DNA of 64,000 nucleotides from Dictyostelium discoideum (taxonomy: Eukaryota), in NCBI GenBank assembly GCA_000004695.1, contig CM000151.3, positions 7,136,001-7,200,000 on the forward strand, given 5' to 3'. This document shows positions 13,874-27,691 of this stretch, piece after piece (positions within the stretch are counted from its first letter, which is position 1; the number at the start of each line of letters is the position of its first letter). The notes beneath the pieces were generated by a model. That model was given only the letters and a program-made list of their open reading frames with translations, did not search any database and was not told where the DNA came from. Position numbers and translations under genes: made by a program.

Positions 13874-14633
13874 ATGACAAACAACAATTTAAATAAAGAA
13901 GGTTGGTATATAACTACCCCAATATGAAATTTAATTTAATATATAGTTATTAATATAATTTTTTTTTTTTTTAAAATTACAAAATTTAGTTAATCATTTA
14001 GAAAAACAAGCAGTATCAGCATATGATAATACAAAAGAAGCAACAATCAACGCATACAATGCAACAACAAATGCAATGAGTGATGGTATGAAATATGTTA
14101 GTGACTCATTATCATCAGCAGTCGAAGTAACAAAAGATGCAACAATCAATATGTATAATGCAACAACTAATGCAGTGAGTGATGGTTATGAATCTTTAAA
14201 ATCAAAAACAAATGAATTAATCAACAATACTCAAAATGAAAATGAAAATTTAAAAGATGGTGCTTCAAAGAAAATCGAAGAATTAAAAGATAAATCAAGT
14301 GAAGTAAAAGATAATTTAAAGGAAAAAGGTGAAGAACTAGTTGACGATGCTAAAGATGCCGCTCATAATGCTTCAAATAAATTGAATAACGCTAAAGATC
14401 AAGTTTCTGATAAAATGGATAATGTAAAAGACGATATAAAGAAAAAAGGTGAAGAAATAGTTGACAATTCTAAAGATACTGCCAATAATACTTCAAATAA
14501 AATGAATAATGTTAAAGATCAAGTCTCTGATAAAATGGAACATGTAAAACATGATATGTCAAACAAATACAATGAAACAAAAACAGAAGCTGCTCATAAA
14601 CTAAATCAAGCTGCAAATAAAATCGATCAATAA
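13874..14633 (+). CDS. LEA-like 11-mer-repeat protein, paralog B (185-aa ORF plus exon 1)
   Basis: Exon 1 is 13874..13901 with a GTTGGT donor. The intron ends at AG 13988-89. Exon 2 is 13990..14633. It is about 97% identical to paralog A. Confidence 0.8.
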
Positions 14634-14809
14634 TAAAATTAAATAAAGAAAAAAAAAAAATCCAACATTTAATAGAATAAAAAAAAAAAAAAACAAAATC
14701 AATTCTTATGTTTTATATAAATTTAATTCGTTTATTTAATTTATAATAAAAAGTCGCCCAAATATTTTAATGTTTATAAAGTTTGTTTTTTTTTTTTTTT
14801 TTTTAATAA

Positions 14810-15076
14810 TTTACAAAGTTTGGTCTTGTAAAAAACGACGATGCACTTATCATTACAATTGTATCATTTGATTGATTTATTGTATTATTTAAATTGTTAG
14901 AGATCGATGAATCACTTTTTGAATATGATTTTAATGAAAATGAAGTTAATGATTCTAAAAAATTTTAAAAAAAAAAGTTAATTAATAATTTATTCATTGG
15001 AAAAAAAAACTATTATTTAAAAATACATACTGAATAACATTTTGATTTTTTTTTCTTTATTTATATTAAAAGTTTA
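14810..15076. repeat. left IR of element copy 2, truncated by the assembly gap
   Basis: Core is at 14810..14832 on the plus strand. The sequence runs into the N-gap. Confidence 0.6.
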
Positions 15077-15176
15077 NNNNNNNNNNNNNNNNNNNNNNNN
15101 NNNNNNNNNNNNNNNNNNNNNNNNNNNNNNNNNNNNNNNNNNNNNNNNNNNNNNNNNNNNNNNNNNNNNNNNNNNN
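15077..15176. other. assembly gap (100 N)
   Basis: A run of n characters. It falls inside the tandem array; the B-to-C unit is about 1.8 kb, whereas the other units are about 3.7 kb. Confidence 0.99.
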
Positions 15177-15706
15177 TGACTTTTAATAAATCATTTGATT
15201 TTGAAAAAAAAAAAAAAAATTGTAATAAACTGAAATGTGTACGAGATTTAATGACAATGGGTTTTTAAAATAAAAAATAAAAAAAAAAGGATGATTTCCA
15301 AATGAAAAATTATTAAACAATTATAATAATACAACCTCCTATTTTTATAAATTTACCCCAAAAAAAAAAAAAAAATAAAAAAAAAAAAAAAATTTTTATT
15401 ATTTGAAAAATAAAAAATTATTAATAATTGTGATAATTTTTCAATTACATCATGGTATATAATTAATTTTTTTTTAATTGAATTATTTTTCATATTTTAA
15501 AAAAGATTCAAATAAATAATTTTATAATAAAATAAAAAAGAAAGAAAATAATTTATTTGATTTATTTTTTTTTTTTTTTTTTTTTAAAAAATGAAAAAGA
15601 AAAAACTATAAATAGAATAAATTAAATCATTATTTCAATCAAAAAATACCCAAACAAATAAAATTAAAAAGTAATACTACAAAATAAAGAAATAAGAAAA
15701 TAAAAA

Positions 15707-16462
15707 ATGACAAACAACAATTTAAATAAAGAAGGTTGGTATTGAACTAATCCAATATGAAATATATTTTAAAATATTAATAAAATTTTTTATTTATTTT
15801 CAAAATTACAAAATTTAGTTAATCATTTAGAAAAACAAGCAGTATCAGCATATGATAACACAAAAGAAGCAACAATCAATGCATACAATGCAACAACAAA
15901 TGCAATGAGTGATGGTATGAAATATGTTGGTGATTCATTATCATCAGCAGTCGAAGTAACAAAAGATGCAACTATCAATATGTATAATGCAACAACTAAT
16001 GCAGTGAGTGATGGTTATGAATCTTTAAAATCAAAAACAAATGCATTAATCAACAATACTCAAAATGAAAATGAAAATTTAAAAGATGGTGCTTCAAAGA
16101 AAATCGAAGAATTAAAAGATAAATCAAGTGAAGTAAAAGATAATTTAAAGGGAAAAGGTGAAGAACTAGTTGACGATGCTAAAGATGCTGCTCATAATGC
16201 TTCAAATAAATTAAATAACGCTAAAGATCAAGTTTCTGATAAAATGGATAATGTAAAAGACGATATAAAGAAAAAAGGTGAAGAAATAGTTGACGATGCT
16301 AAAGATACTGCCAATAATGCCTCAGATAAATTGAATAATGTTAAAGATCAAGTCTCTGATAAAATGGAACATGTAAAACATGATATGTCAAACAAATACA
16401 ATGAAACAAAAACAGAAGCTGCTCATAAACTAAATCAAGCTGCAAATAAAATCGATCAATAA
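15707..16462 (+). CDS. LEA-like 11-mer-repeat protein, paralog C
   Basis: Exon 1 is 15707..15734 and exon 2 is 15819..16462, with the same splice architecture as the other copies. ORF 15905..16462. Confidence 0.8.
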
Positions 16463-16623
16463 TAAAATTTTAAAACTAAAAGTAAAAAAAAAAATCCAAT
16501 AAATTGTATAAAAAAAAAAAATTATTATATCAATTCTTATGTTTTTATATAAATTTAATTCGTTTATTTAATTTATAATTATAAAAAGTCGCCCAAATAG
16601 TTTAATTTTTTTTTTTTTAATAA

Positions 16624-18644
16624 TTTACAAAGTTTGGTCTTGTAAAAAATGATGATGTACTTTTCATAACAATTGTATCATTTGATTGATTGATTGAAAT
16701 ATTTAAATTGTTTGAGATCGATGAATCACTTTTTAATGATGATTTTAATGAAAATGAAATTAATGATTCTAAAAAATTTTTAAAAAAAAAGTTAATAATT
16801 TATTCATTGGAAAAAAAAAAAAAAAATATTGTTTAAATATACATACTGAATAACATTTTAATTTTTTTTCTTTTTTTATATTAATAGTTAAATATTTAAT
16901 TTTTTATATTCTTTTTATTTTGATAATGATTATTATTTTTTTTTTTTCTATTTATACTTTTTTTTTTACCCCATTTGTTTTTTTTTTTTTTTTTTTTTTT
17001 TAATTTTATTCCTTTTTAAAATAATTAAACAAATGAAAAGAGTATAACAATTTAAATTAAAATTATGTTGTTGACATAAACATTACCTTGTAAAATATCA
17101 AACGATATATGTTATCAACATGTATGAGATTTATTATTATATGTTATTATTATTATTATCATTATGTTTTTTCAATGTCATTATTTAATTTTAAAATAAA
17201 CCAAAGTTTTAATAATAATATTTATAGTTTTTTAATAATTTAATTATACATAATATTGATTTTTCATTTTTTTCTTTTATAAATTTTATATAAATTTAAT
17301 ATTTTAGAATTATAAAAACCAAAATAAATCAAAAAATTGCACGTGTGGTTGTATCAATTTCTTTTTTCTAGAACAATTAATTGTTTGGAATGTATACTAG
17401 ATTCCTTTATTTTCTTTTGTTTGATTAGAAATTGTTTTAAAATATCAATCCACATTGAACAAATAAATTTTAAAATTGGGAAATTAATTAGGGAATTAAT
17501 ATTTTAAATATATTTAAAAAATAAAATTTTAAAAAAAAAAATAATTTTACCAAGTTGTCCTCTACGAAATTTATATAAAAATAAAAATTCATTGTAATTG
17601 GAATTTTATAAGAGTAGTTTATTTTGTTTTTTATCTTATTTATTTTATTTTATTGATTTTTGTTATTTTTTCAAAATACCGATGAGGATATGTTTTTTAA
17701 AAAAGAAATGTTATATTAGAATTATCTATTGAAATGATATATTTCAATACAATCAATAATTTAAAATGATAATATATTTTTTAATCTTTGTTTTTAATAT
17801 TCATTTATTAATATATCATAAACAATCCTAAAAATTACCTATGTTTGATTAAAAAATAATCTATATGACATAATTTTAAAATAAAAAGAATAAAAACATC
17901 ATTTTTCAGTGATACTCATGGATTTTCATTTTTTTCCCTTTAAAAGATGAGTAATTGAGGATTTTAAATGATTATTTTAATGATGTAAATAATATTTTCA
18001 ACTATTTTATTGAATCAATTTAACAATGATGATAGAATCATACATTTATCCAGTGTATAAAATAATTAAAATTATATAAAAAATAAAAAAACAAACTTTT
18101 TTTTAAATCAAAAGATATAAAATCATTATCTTGTACTTGTTAGTATCATACTTCTTGATTAAAATTTATTTACTTTATTATTTAACTTGTATATCAACAT
18201 AATAATTTTACAAAAAAAATAAAATATTCCATATCTCTTGTTTAGGGTTCTGTAGTGGTTAAAAATGGGGTAATTATTTAGTGGGGTAAAATAAAAAAAA
18301 AGAAAAAAAAAAAAAAAAAAAAAAAAAAGTATAAATAGAATTTATATTTTTTTAATTTATTCCAAAATAAAAATCAATTGTTAATTAAAAAAATAAATCC
18401 TAAAAATAGAATGTTATTCAGTATGTATATTTATAAAAATAAAAAAATTTAGTAAACAAAATCCTAATTAATTTATTTTATTATTTATAGAATCAATTAT
18501 TTCATTATCAAATAAATCATCAAATGTTGCATCATCAAAATCATTATTATCAAATGACTCTAATTTAAATTCATTTGATTTTACATGTAATACTGTCTCA
18601 AATAAGAGTTCAACAACATTCTTTACAAGACCAAACTTTGTAAA
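16624..18644. repeat. IR-bounded roughly 2-kb element, copy 3
   Basis: Cores are at 16624..16646 (plus) and 18622..18644 (minus). The interior blocks at 17930-18050 and 18105-18300 are conserved. Confidence 0.7.
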
Positions 18645-18997
18645 TTATTAAAAAAAAAAAAAAAAATTAAAAAAATTAATTAAAGAACGAATCATAAAAA
18701 AAACTTATTTATTAAAAAGGGACCGACCAAATGTATTAAATAAAATAAAACATTAAAAAATAATTTAAAAAAAAAATTATATTATCGTAATTTTGTGTAA
18801 TTTTTCATAAATCATTTGAGATTTTGTAAAAAAAAAAAAAAAAAATTAGAATTGATCAACTTAATTGTGTATGAGATTTAAGACAATGGATTGTTAAAAA
18901 TATATAAAAATAAAAACAAAAAGGATGATTTCCAAATGAAAAAATTATTAAACCATTATAATAAAAAAACATCCACCTATTTTTATAAATTTCCCCC

Positions 18998-19028
<31 letters not shown>

Positions 19029-19345
19029 TATTATTTGAAAAAATAAAAAATTATTAATAATTGTGATAATTTTTTTTATTACATCATGGTATATAATTAA
19101 TTTTTTTTTAATTGAATTTTAAATAATTATTTTTCATATTAAAAAAGATTCAAATAAATAATTTTAAAATAAAATAAAAAAGAAAGAAAATAATTTATTT
19201 GATTTATTTTTTTTTTTTTTTTTTATAAAATGAAAAAGAAAAAACTATAAATAGAATAAATTAAATTATTATTTCAATCAAAAAATACCCAAACAAATTA
19301 AATTAATAAGTAATACTACAAATTAAAGAAATAAAAAAATAAAAA

Positions 19346-20107
19346 ATGACAAACAACAATTTAAATAAAGAAGGTTGGTATATAACTACTCCAATATGAA
19401 ATTTAATTTAATATATAGTTATTAATATAATTTTTTTTTTATTTTCAAATTTATAAAATTTAGTTAATCATTTAGAAAAACAAGCAGTATCAGCATATGA
19501 TAATACAAAAGAAGCAACAATCAACGCATACAATGCAACAACAAATGCAATGAGTGATGGTATGAAATATGTTAGTGATTCATTATCATCAGCAGTCGAA
19601 GTAACAAAAGATGCAACTATCAATATGTATAATGCAACAACTAATGCAGTGAGTGATGGTTATGAATCTTTAAAATCAAAAACAAATGAATTAATCAACA
19701 ATACTCAAAATGAAAATGAAAAGTTAAAAGATGGTGCTTCAAAGAAAATCGAAGAATTAAAAGATAAATCAAGTGAAGTAAAAGAAAATCTAAAAGAAAA
19801 AGGTGAAGAACTAGTTGACGATGCTAAAGATGCCGCTCATAATGCTTCAAATAAATTGAATAACTCTAAAGATCAAGTTTCTGATAAAATGGATAATGCA
19901 AAAGACGTAATTAAGAAAAAAGGTGAAGAAATAGTTGACGATTCTAAAGATACTGCCAATAATACTTCAAATAAAATGAATAATGTTAAAGATCAAGTTT
20001 CAGATAAAATGGAACATGTAAAACATGATATATCAAATAAATACAATGAAACAAAAACAGAAGCTGCTCATAAACTAAATCAAGCTGCAAATAAAATCAA
20101 CCAATAA
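19346..20107 (+). CDS. LEA-like 11-mer-repeat protein, paralog D
   Basis: Exon 1 is 19346..19373 and exon 2 is 19464..20107. ORF 19550..20107. Confidence 0.8.
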
Positions 20108-20193
20108 TAAAATTTTAAAACTAAAAATTAAATAAAAAAAAAAGATTTAAAATAATTAACTACCACAAAGACCAATTTTTAATATCAGTAATC

Positions 20194-20229
<36 letters not shown>

Positions 20230-20347
20230 AACAATAAATTGTTTTTAAAAAAAAAAAAAATTATTATTATTATCTATTTTTATTTTTTTTATATAAATTT
20301 AATTCGTTTATTTAATTTATAATAGAATGTCGCCCAATATTTAAATG

Positions 20348-20380
<33 letters not shown>

Positions 20381-20381
20381 A

Positions 20382-20905
20382 TTTACAAAGTTTGGTCTTG
20401 TAAAAAATGATGATGCACTTATCATTGCAATTGTATCATTTGATTGATTGATTGAATTATTTAAATTGTTTGAGATCGATGAATCACTTTTTGAAGATGA
20501 TTTTAATGAAAATGAAATTAATGATTCTAAATAATTTTAAAAAAAAAAAAGTTAATAATTAATTCATTGGAAAAAAAAAAAATTACTGTTTTAGAAATAC
20601 ATACTGAATAACATTTTATTTTTTCTTTTTATATTAATAGTTTAATATTTAATTTTTTAAATTCGTTTTAATTTGATAATGATTATTTTTTTTTTTTCTA
20701 TTTATACTTTTTTTTTTTACCCCCTTTGTTTTTTTTTTTTTTAATTTTTCTTTTCTAGAAATAACCACACTCTTTATTAAAATTAAACAATATTAAAAGA
20801 GTATTAATAAAATTAAATTTAAAATTGTGTTGTCGACATAAACATTACCTTTTAAAAAATCAAAAGATATATATGTTATCAACATGTATGAGATTTATGA
20901 TTTTA

Positions 20906-20941
<36 letters not shown>

Positions 20942-22464
20942 TTTTATTATTTAAATATTAATTATTTTAAAATAAACTATAGTTTTAAAAATTATAATTA
21001 TAGTTTTTTAATAATTCAACATAATATACAATAAAAATTAATATGATTTTTTTGTTTTTTTTCTTTTTTATATTTTATATAATTTTATATTTTAGAATAA
21101 TAAAAACCAGAATAAATTAGAAAATTGATTGTATGAATTTTCTTTTTTAATTATTTCACTAAAATTGAAAAATTAATTGTTTGGTTAGAATTCCTTTTTT
21201 TATTTTTGTTTGGTTAGAAAATGTTTTTAAAATACAAATCCACATTGGTCAAATAAATTTAGAAATTAGGAAATTAATTAGAGAATTTATATATTTAAAA
21301 TAAATTTTATTAAAAATAATTATTTTATACAGTGGCCCTCAAACGAAAGTTTTTTAAATTATTAAAAAATAAATATTCATTGCAATTGGATTTAAAAGAG
21401 TAGTTTATTTTGTTTCTAATTTAACTTATTTTTTTTATTTTGACTTTTGTCATTTTTCAATATACCGATGAGCATTGGTTTTAAAAAAAGAAATGGTAAA
21501 TTAGAATTTTATCTATTGAAATGATATCATTTTCAATACAATCAATAATTTTAAAATGATGAAATTATTTTTTTTATCCTTTGTTTGTAATTCTTCATTT
21601 ATAAATACATCATAAATAATCCCTAAAAAATTAACTAATTTTGATCAAAAAAATGACATAATCTTAAATAAAAAAAATAAAAAAAAGAAAAAAAACATCA
21701 TTTTTCAATGGTACTCATGGATTTTTTATTTTTATTCCCTTTAAAAGATGAGTAATTGAGGATTTTAAATGATTATTTTAATGATGTAAATAATGTTTTC
21801 AACTATTTTATTGAATCAATTTAACAATGATGATAGAATCATACTTTTTAAATGTATAAAATAAAAATAAAAATTTAAAAAATAAAAAAACAAACTTTTT
21901 TTAAATCAAAAGATAATAAAATCATTATCTTGTACTTGTTAGTATCATACTTCTTGATTAAAATTTATTTATTTTATTATTTAACTTGTATGTCAACATA
22001 ATAATTTTACAAAAAATAAAATATTCCATATCTCTTGTTTAGGGTTCTGTAGTGGTTAAAAATGGGGTAATTATTTAGTGGGGTAAAATAAAAAAAAAAG
22101 ATAAAAAAAAAAATAAAAAAAAAGTATAAATAGAATTTTTATTTTTTTAATTTATTCCAAAATAAAAATCAATTGTTAAATAAATAAATATAAATTAAAA
22201 AAAACCTAAAAAAATGTTATTCAGTATGTATTTTTTATATAAAAAAAAAAACAAATTAAAAAAAAAAAACAAAATTTAATAAACAATTTCTAATTAATTT
22301 ATTTTATTATTTTTAGAATCCATTATTTCATTATTAAATAAATCATCAAATGTTGTTTCATCATCAAAATCAAATGACTGTAATATTAATTCATTTGATT
22401 CAACATGTAATACTGTCTCAAATAAGAGTTCAACAACATTCTTTACAAGACCAAACTTTGTGAA
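20382..22464. repeat. IR-bounded roughly 2-kb element, copy 4
   Basis: Cores are at 20382..20404 (plus) and 22442..22464 (minus; one mismatch, ttCacaaag). Interior blocks are at 21730-21845 and 21900-22095. Confidence 0.7.
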
Positions 22465-22465
22465 C

Positions 22466-22513
<48 letters not shown>

Positions 22514-22788
22514 AAAAAAATTAAAGTACGAACTTATTTATTAAAAAGGGACCGACCAATATAAAAAATAAAAAAAACAATAAAAATTAGAAATTTTGTT
22601 TGACTTTTCATAAATCATTTGTAAATTAGTAAAAAAATAAAAAAATGCTAATTTAACTGTAATGTGTATGAGTTAAATTTATTCAATGACTATGAGTTGT
22701 TAAAAAATAAATACCAAGGATCATTTTCAAATGAATAAATATTAAACCATTATAATAATATAACACCTATTTTAATAAAAAAAAAAAA

Positions 22789-22819
<31 letters not shown>

Positions 22820-23123
22820 ATTATTTATTATTTGAATAAAATTATAATTGTGGTAATTTAATTACATCTTGGTATATAATTGTTATGTACTTAATTTTTT
22901 TTAATTGAATTTTATATAATTTTTTTCATATTTTGAATGATTCAAATAAATAATTTTAAAATAAAATAAAAAAGAAAGAAAATAATTTATTTGATTTATT
23001 TTTTTTTTTTAAAAAATGAAAAAGAAAAAACTATAAATAGAATAAATTAAATCATTTTTTTTATCAAAAATTATTAAACAAATAAAATTAAAAAGTAATA
23101 CTACAAATTAAAGAAATAAAAAA

Positions 23124-23852
23124 ATGACCAACAACAATTTAAATAAAGAAGGTTGGTATATAACTTATTCAATATGAAATATATTTTTAACAAATATAGT
23201 TATTAATATAATTTTTATATTTTCAAAATGATTAAACTTAGTTAATCATTTAGAAAAAGAAGCAGCATCAGTATATGATAATAAAAAAGAAGCAACAATT
23301 AATGCATATAATGCAACAACAAATGCAATGAGTGATGGTATGAAATATGTTGGTGATTCATTATCATCAGCAGTCGAAGTAACAAAAGATGCAACTATCA
23401 ATATGTATAATGCAACAACTAATGCAGTGAGTGATGGTTATGATTTTTTAAAATCAAAAACAAATGAATTAATCAGCAATACTCAAAATGAAAATGAAAA
23501 TTTAAAAGATGGTGCTTCAAAGAAAATCGAAGAATTAAAAGATAAATCAAGTGAAGTAAAAGATAATTTAAAGGAAAAAGGCGAAGAACTAGTTGACGAT
23601 GCTAAAGATGCTGCTCATAATGCTTCAAATAAATTGAATAACGCTAAAGATCAAGTTTCTAATAAAATGGATAATGTAAAAGATGATATAAAGAAAAAAG
23701 GCGAGGAAATAGTTGACGATGCTAAAGATGCTGCCAATAAAGCTTCTGATAAAATGGAACATGTAAAACATGATATATCAAATAAATACAATGAAAAAAA
23801 AACAGAAGCTGCTCATAAACTAAATCAAGCTGCAAATAAAATCGACCTATAA
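23124..23852 (+). CDS. LEA-like 11-mer-repeat protein, paralog E (174-aa ORF; the second internal unit is shortened by 11 aa)
   Basis: Exon 1 is 23124..23151 and exon 2 is 23242..23852. ORF 23328..23852. Confidence 0.8.
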
Positions 23853-24088
23853 TAAAATTTTAAAACAAAAAATTAAATAAAAAAAAAGATTTTAAAAAAT
23901 TAATTACTTTTATTTAACCAACAATCTTATCTAAAAAAAAAAAAACCAAAAATAAATTGTATAAAAAGAAAAAAAAAATAATTTTATCAATTTTTATTTT
24001 TTATTATTAATTTAATTCGTTTGTTTAATTTATAATAGAATGTCGCCCAATATTTTAATGTTTCAAAAGTTTTTTTTTTTTTTAATAA

Positions 24089-26073
24089 TTTACAAAGTTT
24101 GGTCTTGTAAAAAATGATGATGTACTTTTCATAACAATGGTATCATTTGTTTGATTTATTGAATTATTTAAATTGTTTGAGATCGATGAATCACTTTTTG
24201 AAGATGATTTAAATGAAAATGAAATTAATGATTCTAAATAATTTAAAAAAAAAAAAAGTTAATAATTAATTCATTGGAAAAAAAAAATAAAAAAAATATA
24301 TTGTTTAAAAATACATACTGAATAACATTTTATATTTTCTTTTTTATATTAATAGTTTAATTTTTAATTTTTATTATTCGTTTTAATTTGATAATGATTA
24401 TTTATATTTTTTTTCTATTTATACTTTTTTTTTTTGACCCTGTTTTTTTTGTTTTTTTTTTAATTTTATTCTTTTCTAGAAATAACCACACTCTTTATTA
24501 AAATTAAACAATATTAAAAGAGTGTTAAAATTAAATTTAGAATTGTGTTGTCGACATAAACATTACCTTTTAAAAAATCAAAAGATATGTTATCAACATG
24601 TATTAGTTTATGAATTTAGGTTATTATTATGGAAACAATATTGTTTTAATATTAATTATTTTATTTTCAAAATAAACCATAGTCTTAATAATTATTTTTA
24701 TAGTTTTTTATTATTTAATTTAAAAATATATTTATTTTTATGATTTTTATTTTAGAATAAATAAAAACCAAAATAAAAATATATCAATTTTTTTTTTTAA
24801 ATTTTTTAAGTAATATGGAACAATTAATTGTTTGGAATGGATATTAGATTCATTTATTGATTTTTGTTTGGTAAGTAATTGTTTTTAAAATATAAATCCA
24901 CTTTGATCAAATAAATTTAGAAATAGGGAAATAAATTAGAGAATTAATATAAATTTTAATAATAAAATTTTAAAATAATTATTTTACAAAGATGCCCTCA
25001 AATAAAATTTTTCAAAATTATTAAAAAATAAATATTCATTGCAATTGAAATTAAAAGAGTAGTTTTATTTTATTTTTATTGTTTACTTATATTGATTTTT
25101 GATTTTTTTTTATAAAAGAAATGGTAAATTAGAGTTCTACCTTTTGAAATGAAACCACTTTAAATACAATCGAAAATTTAAAAATGATATTGTTTTTTAA
25201 TCATTTTTTTAATTTCATCATTTATAAATACATCATAAATAATCCCTAAAAAATTTTGATCAAAAAAATAATCTGAATGACATAATTTATAAATAAAAAA
25301 TAAAAAAAAAGAATAAAAACATCATTTTTCAATGATACTCATGGATTTTTTATTTTTATTCCCTTTAAAAGATGAGTAATTGAGGATTTTAAATGATTAT
25401 TTTAATGATGTAAATAATGTTTTCAACTATTTTATTGAATCAATTTAACAATGATGATAGAATCATACTTTTTTTAGTGTGTAAAATAATAAAAAATATT
25501 TAAAAAATAAAAAACAAACTTTTTTTAAATCAAAAGATAATAAAATCATTATCTTGTACTTGTTAGTATCATACTTCTTGATTAAAATTTATTTACTTTA
25601 TTATTTAACTTGTATGTCAACATAATAATTTTACAAAAAAATAAAATATTCCATATCTCTTGTTTAGGGTTCAATAGTGGTTAAAAATGGGGTAATTATT
25701 TAGTGGGGTAAAAAAAATAAAAATATAAAAAAAAAATAAAAAAAAAAAGTATAAATAGAATTTTTATTTTTTAATTTATTCCAAAATAAAAATCAATTGT
25801 TTATTAAATAAATATAAATTAAATAATCCTAAAAATAAAATGTTATTCAGTATGTATTAAAAAAAAAAAAAAAAAATTTAATAAAAAAAATTCTAATTAA
25901 TTTATTTTATTATTTATAGAATCAATTATTTCATTATCAAATAAATCATCAAATGTCTCATCATCAAAAACATTATTATCAAATGACTCTAATTTAAATT
26001 CATTTGATTTAACATGTAATACTGTCTCAAATAAGAGTTCTACAACATTCTTTACAAGACCAAACTTTGTAAA
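24089..26073. repeat. IR-bounded roughly 2-kb element, copy 5
   Basis: Cores are at 24089..24111 (plus) and 26051..26073 (minus). Interior blocks are at 25360-25475 and 25530-25720. Confidence 0.7.
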
Positions 26074-26757
26074 CTATTAAAAAAAAAAAAAAAAAAAAAA
26101 ATTAATTAAAGTACGAATCATAAAAAAAACTTATTTATTAAAAAGGGACCGACCAAATATATAAAATAAAAAAAATAAAATAAAATTTAAAAAAAAAAAT
26201 TATTATACCGCAATTTTGTATAACTTTTATTTGTGAATTATTAAAAAAAAAAAAAAAAAAATAACCAGAATTTTTGTAATGAAAAACTGTAATATTTGAT
26301 TTGTATGAGATTTAAGAAATCCAAAAAAAGATTATTTAATGACTATGATTAAATTAAACCATCATAATAATATCAACCCATATTTTTATAAATTTCCCCA
26401 AAAAAAATAAAAAAAATAAAAAAAATAAAAATAAAAAAAAAAAAAATAAAATAATTATTTATTATTTGAATAAATATAATTGTGGTAATATAATTACATC
26501 TAGGTACATAATTAATTTTTTTTTAATTGAGTTTTAAATAATTATTTTTCATATTTTAAAAAATATTCAAATAAATAATTATTTATATTAAAAAAAAAAA
26601 GAAATAATTAATTTGATTTAATTTTTTTTTAAAAAAATGAAAAGAAAATACTATAAATAGAATAAATTAATTCATTATTTCAATCAAAAAATATTAAACA
26701 AATAAAATTAAAAAGTAATACTACAAAATATAGAAATAACAAAAAAGAAAATAAAAA

Positions 26758-27633
26758 ATGACAAACAACAATTTAAATAAAGAAGGTTGGTATACAATGT
26801 TATGAAATATAATTTAATATATAGTTATTAATAAAAATTTTTTTATTTATTAATAATTACAAAATTTAGTTAATCGTTTAGAAAAACAAGCAGTATTAGT
26901 ATATGATAATACAAAAGAAGCAACAATCAATGCATACAATGTCACAACAAACGCAATGAGTGATGGTATGAAATATGTTAGTGATTCATTATCATCAGCA
27001 GTCGAAGTAACAAAAGATGCAACTATCAATATGTATAATGCAACAACTAATGCAGTGAGTGATGGTTATACATCTTTAAAATCAAAAACAAGTGAATTAA
27101 TCAGCGATACTCAAAATGAAAATGAAAATTTAAAAGATGGTGCTTCAAAGAAAATCGAAGAATTAAAAGATAAATCAAGTGAAGTAAAAGATATTTTAAA
27201 GGAAAAAGGTGAAGAACTAGTTGAAGATGCTAAAGATGCTGCTCATAATGCTTCAAATAAATTGAATAATGCTAAAGATCAAGTTTCTGATAAAATGGAT
27301 AATGTAAAAAATGATATAGAGAAAAAAGGTGACGATGCTAAAGATGCTAAAGATGCTGCCAATAATGTTTCAAATAAAATGAATAATGTTAAAGATCAAG
27401 TTTCTGATAAAATGGATAATATTAAAGACGATATAAAGAAAAAAGGTAAAGAATTAGTTGACGATGCTAAAGATGCTGCCAATAATGCTTCAAATAAATT
27501 GAATAACGCTAAAGATCAAGTTTCAGATAAAATGGAACATGTAAAACATGATATATCAAACAAATACAATGAAACAAAAACAGAAGCTGCTCCTAAACTA
27601 AATCAAGCTGCAAATAAAATCGACCAACAATAA
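26758..27633 (+). CDS. LEA-like 11-mer-repeat protein, paralog F (225-aa ORF; three internal 39-40-aa units)
   Basis: Exon 1 is 26758..26785 and exon 2 is 26870..27633. ORF 26956..27633. Confidence 0.8.
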
Positions 27634-27691
27634 TAATAATAAAAAATTAAAAAAATATTTATAAAAAATTTATTATACTTTTGTTTATAGA

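Noticed and set aside
7862-27633. Regularly spaced near-identical repeats as a CRISPR array
   Set aside because: This is a eukaryotic AT-rich genome, and the units are 0.76-kb protein-coding genes with introns, not 30-40-bp repeats with spacers.
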